From assembly GCF_009914755.1 (NCBI RefSeq), contig NC_060943.1: DNA of 64,000 nucleotides; one strand, given 5' to 3'. This DNA is from the human T2T-CHM13v2.0 reference genome, Homo sapiens. The position numbers and the translations under genes are program-made. Within the stretch, counting starts at the first letter, position 1. Each line of letters starts with the position of its first letter. Under the pieces are notes generated by a model, which saw nothing but the letters and a program-made list of their open reading frames with translations, made no database searches and had not been told where the DNA came from. Shown here one piece after another: positions 61,710-64,000 of the stretch.

Positions 61710-61913
61710 ATGTTTGGGAAGAGGAAGAAGCGGGTGGAGATCTCCGCGCCGTCCAACTTCGAGCACCGCGTGCACACGGGCTTCGACCAGCACGAGCAGA
61801 AGTTCACGGGGCTGCCCCGCCAGTGGCAGAGCCTGATCGAGGAGTCGGCTCGCCGGCCCAAGCCCCTCGTCGACCCCGCCTGCATCACCTCCATCCAGCC
61901 CGGGGCCCCCAAG
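61710..61913 (+). CDS. PAK4: p21-activated kinase 4, first coding exon (aa 1-68)
   Basis: Translates to [68 protein letters not shown]: basic KRKKR, CRIB motif ISxPxxFxHxxH, group II PAK pseudosubstrate RPKP (49-52). Phase-0 donor AAG|GTATGT at 61913/61914. Confidence 0.98.
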
Positions 61914-63364
61914 GTATGTGGCACCCACCACCACCTCCCCCAGCCCACCCCAACCCCCGAGTGGCCCTGGCCCTCAACCCCACACTCGACCCTGTGACCG
62001 ACACCTCCTCACTGACATGGAAATGGAGACAAACCCCAGCCTTCCACCCCTATCCTGGGTCCAGTGCTGGCCTTTCACCCTCCACCCACTGGCTCCAAGT
62101 CCTAAGAACCCATGCCACCCCAACCTGAGCCCCCCCACGGCCCATCTGACAGCCCCCACACCAGCCTCCAAGCTCTGCTGTCTCCCGCAGACTCATGTCC
62201 CGGGGGCCATGCTGCTGTACCCCGGACCACACTCCTGTCTCACCCAACCTTGAGCTTTTCCAGAGCTCCTGGCAGTGGAAGACAGACCCATTCCCAGAGG
62301 GTGACAGCCCCAAGTGGTCAGGGCTTGGGTGGGGGAGCCCGGAGGAGGCACCTGACACAGACCAGGGGTCCAGGCAAGCTTCTGGGAGGAGGGGACACCG
62401 AGGCAGAGCCCAGGGCTGAGGAGGAGGAGGAGAAATTCCAGCAGATGCTGGGGAAGCCGGGCTTTAGTGGAGAAAATCACTCCTGTGAAACGCTGGGGGC
62501 TTTTTGGTTTTGGGTTTTTTTTTTTCTTCCTGCCATCTAGAGCAAAATGGCAAGGTTGGGATTTGAACCAATGTCTGTTTCCAAGGCCCGTGCTCTTAAC
62601 CCCTCTGCTGCCTCCATGTGAAATCATAAGAGTTGTGGAGCCGGTGTCTGGGTGTGGCCTGGCATGAGGCTGGCCTGGCCTGAGCCCGTGCTGGGCCTCT
62701 GAAGCCAGCCTTGGAGCCTGGACTCTCTCCCATGGTCAGTGGGGACCAGGAGGGGCCGCAGGCCAAGGGGAACTCGGCCAGGTTTGCATCCAGCGGGTGG
62801 AGATGGGTGTGCCTGGGGACTCACCCTCCCGGTGCCCAGCCCAGCCTGGCGGGGAGAAGCCCCAAGGCCCACAAGTTGGCCATAGACACAAGTGCAGCCT
62901 CAGTGTGGTAGCCCACTGAGGGGTCCGTGTGGTCCTTGCAGGGTGCTTTTGAATGCTTTGACTTCTTTGCCTCCACTGAGAAAGTGACAGACTTCACTTC
63001 CAAAGCCGTTTCTGGCATCTGGTGACAGACCAGCTGGAGGCGAGTGGCAGCTGCCTCCACGGGCAGGGCACTGGCTCTTCTGGGCCACAGGCCGCACCCG
63101 ACCCACCTCAGCTCCACGCCCTGCCTGGCTCTGTGGCCACTTGCATGTAGGCTTTGCCCCCACCAAGGTGTCTCCAAAAACCCAGCCCCTGCCTGGCTTG
63201 CCAGATGTGAGGCCTGCCTGTGACTGTCCCAGCAGGAGGCAGGGCACTTGAATTCACACATGGGGCCTTGTGGCCAGCACTGTCCTGGGGCCCCATAGGC
63301 ACTTGTGTTTGCTGCCCTTGACCGGGCCTCAGGCCTCCCAGGACCTTCTCGACTCCCTGTTGGT

Positions 63365-63657
63365 TTTTTTTTTTTTTTTTTTGAGAGACATTCCTGCTCT
63401 GTCTCCCTGGCTGGAGTGCAGTGGCGCCACCTCGGCTCATGCAACCTTCGCCTCCTGGGTTCAAGCGATTTTCCTGCCTCAGCCTCCCGCGTAGCTGGGA
63501 TTACAGGCGCCCACCACTATGCCCATCTAATTTTTGTATTTTTAGTAGAGACGGGTTTTCGCCATTTTGGCCAGGCTGGTCTCAAACTCCTGACCTCAGG
63601 TGATCCTCAGCCTCCCGAGGTGCTGGGATTATAGGCGTGAGCCACTGCTTCTTGCCT
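63365..63657 (-). mobile_element. Alu in the PAK4 intron after the ATG exon
   Basis: Poly-T followed by reverse Alu consensus. Confidence 0.9.
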
Positions 63658-63780
63658 CAACGCCCTGTTCTAACAGCAAAGTCTGGCCTTGTGTCCACCT
63701 TGACTTCCTGGGGCCCCTGGGCAAGGCCCGGCTTCAGGCAGACAGCCACGGCCAGGAGAGACAGGGCAGCGGCAGACCAC

Positions 63781-63942
63781 GGATTTTGTGGGATCAGTGT
63801 TTTCTACACGTTACAGGCAGGCCTCTGGCTGGAGGATGCCTGGCAGCCCCAGGCAGGGTCCGGGTTTCGTGGGATCAGTGTTTTCCACACATTAGAGGCA
63901 GGCCTCCGGCTGGAGGACATCTGGCAGCCCCGGGCAGGGTCC
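63781..63942. repeat. 81-bp tandem duplication of unique sequence (~10 mismatches)
   Basis: GTGGGATCAGTGTTTTC recurs at 63788 and 63869; both copies end in GGCAGGGTCC. Confidence 0.9.
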
Positions 63943-64000
63943 TTGTCAGCAGGGCCCACGTTCTCAGCTCACTGTGGCCTTTGCACAGACACCTCACTCA

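Noticed and set aside
61646-62128. 160-aa ATG-initiated ORF overlapping the PAK4 exon in another frame
   Set aside because: Its ATG is intronic (42 nt before the acceptor), and in exon-1-spliced mRNA this frame has an upstream TAG (17869) and no ATG. It is relevant only to the circRNA hypothesis.

Overview
Primate (almost certainly human) genomic DNA from the ACP7-PAK4 locus (chr19q13.2, recognised from the encoded peptides). On the + strand the window holds: the last coding exon and 3' UTR of ACP7 (PAPL); an Alu-saturated intergenic stretch; the TATA-less CpG-island promoter and non-coding exon 1 of PAK4; a ~43.8 kb first intron with Alu, MIR, L2, old L1, Tigger-type elements and simple repeats; two candidate alternative 5'-UTR exons; and the first coding exon of PAK4 (aa 1-68: basic motif, CRIB domain, RPKP pseudosubstrate). 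Nearly all ORFs in the supplied track are Alu or GC-rich artefacts. I find no evidence of a new multi-gene system. The most interesting observations are: (1) a strong-context uORF in PAK4 exon 1 whose stop overlaps an in-frame CTG (CUGA stop-start), giving a possible 31-aa N-terminal extension; (2) a perfect 183-bp tandem duplication at a nested-Alu junction; (3) a possible circRNA of the ATG exon that reads through all three frames; (4) an RBFOX/TDP-43 motif-dense repeat in intron 1; (5) a palindromic CCAAT pair in the promoter; (6) a short locally templated insertion in an Alu. Repeat boundaries and subfamilies were judged by eye and are approximate.
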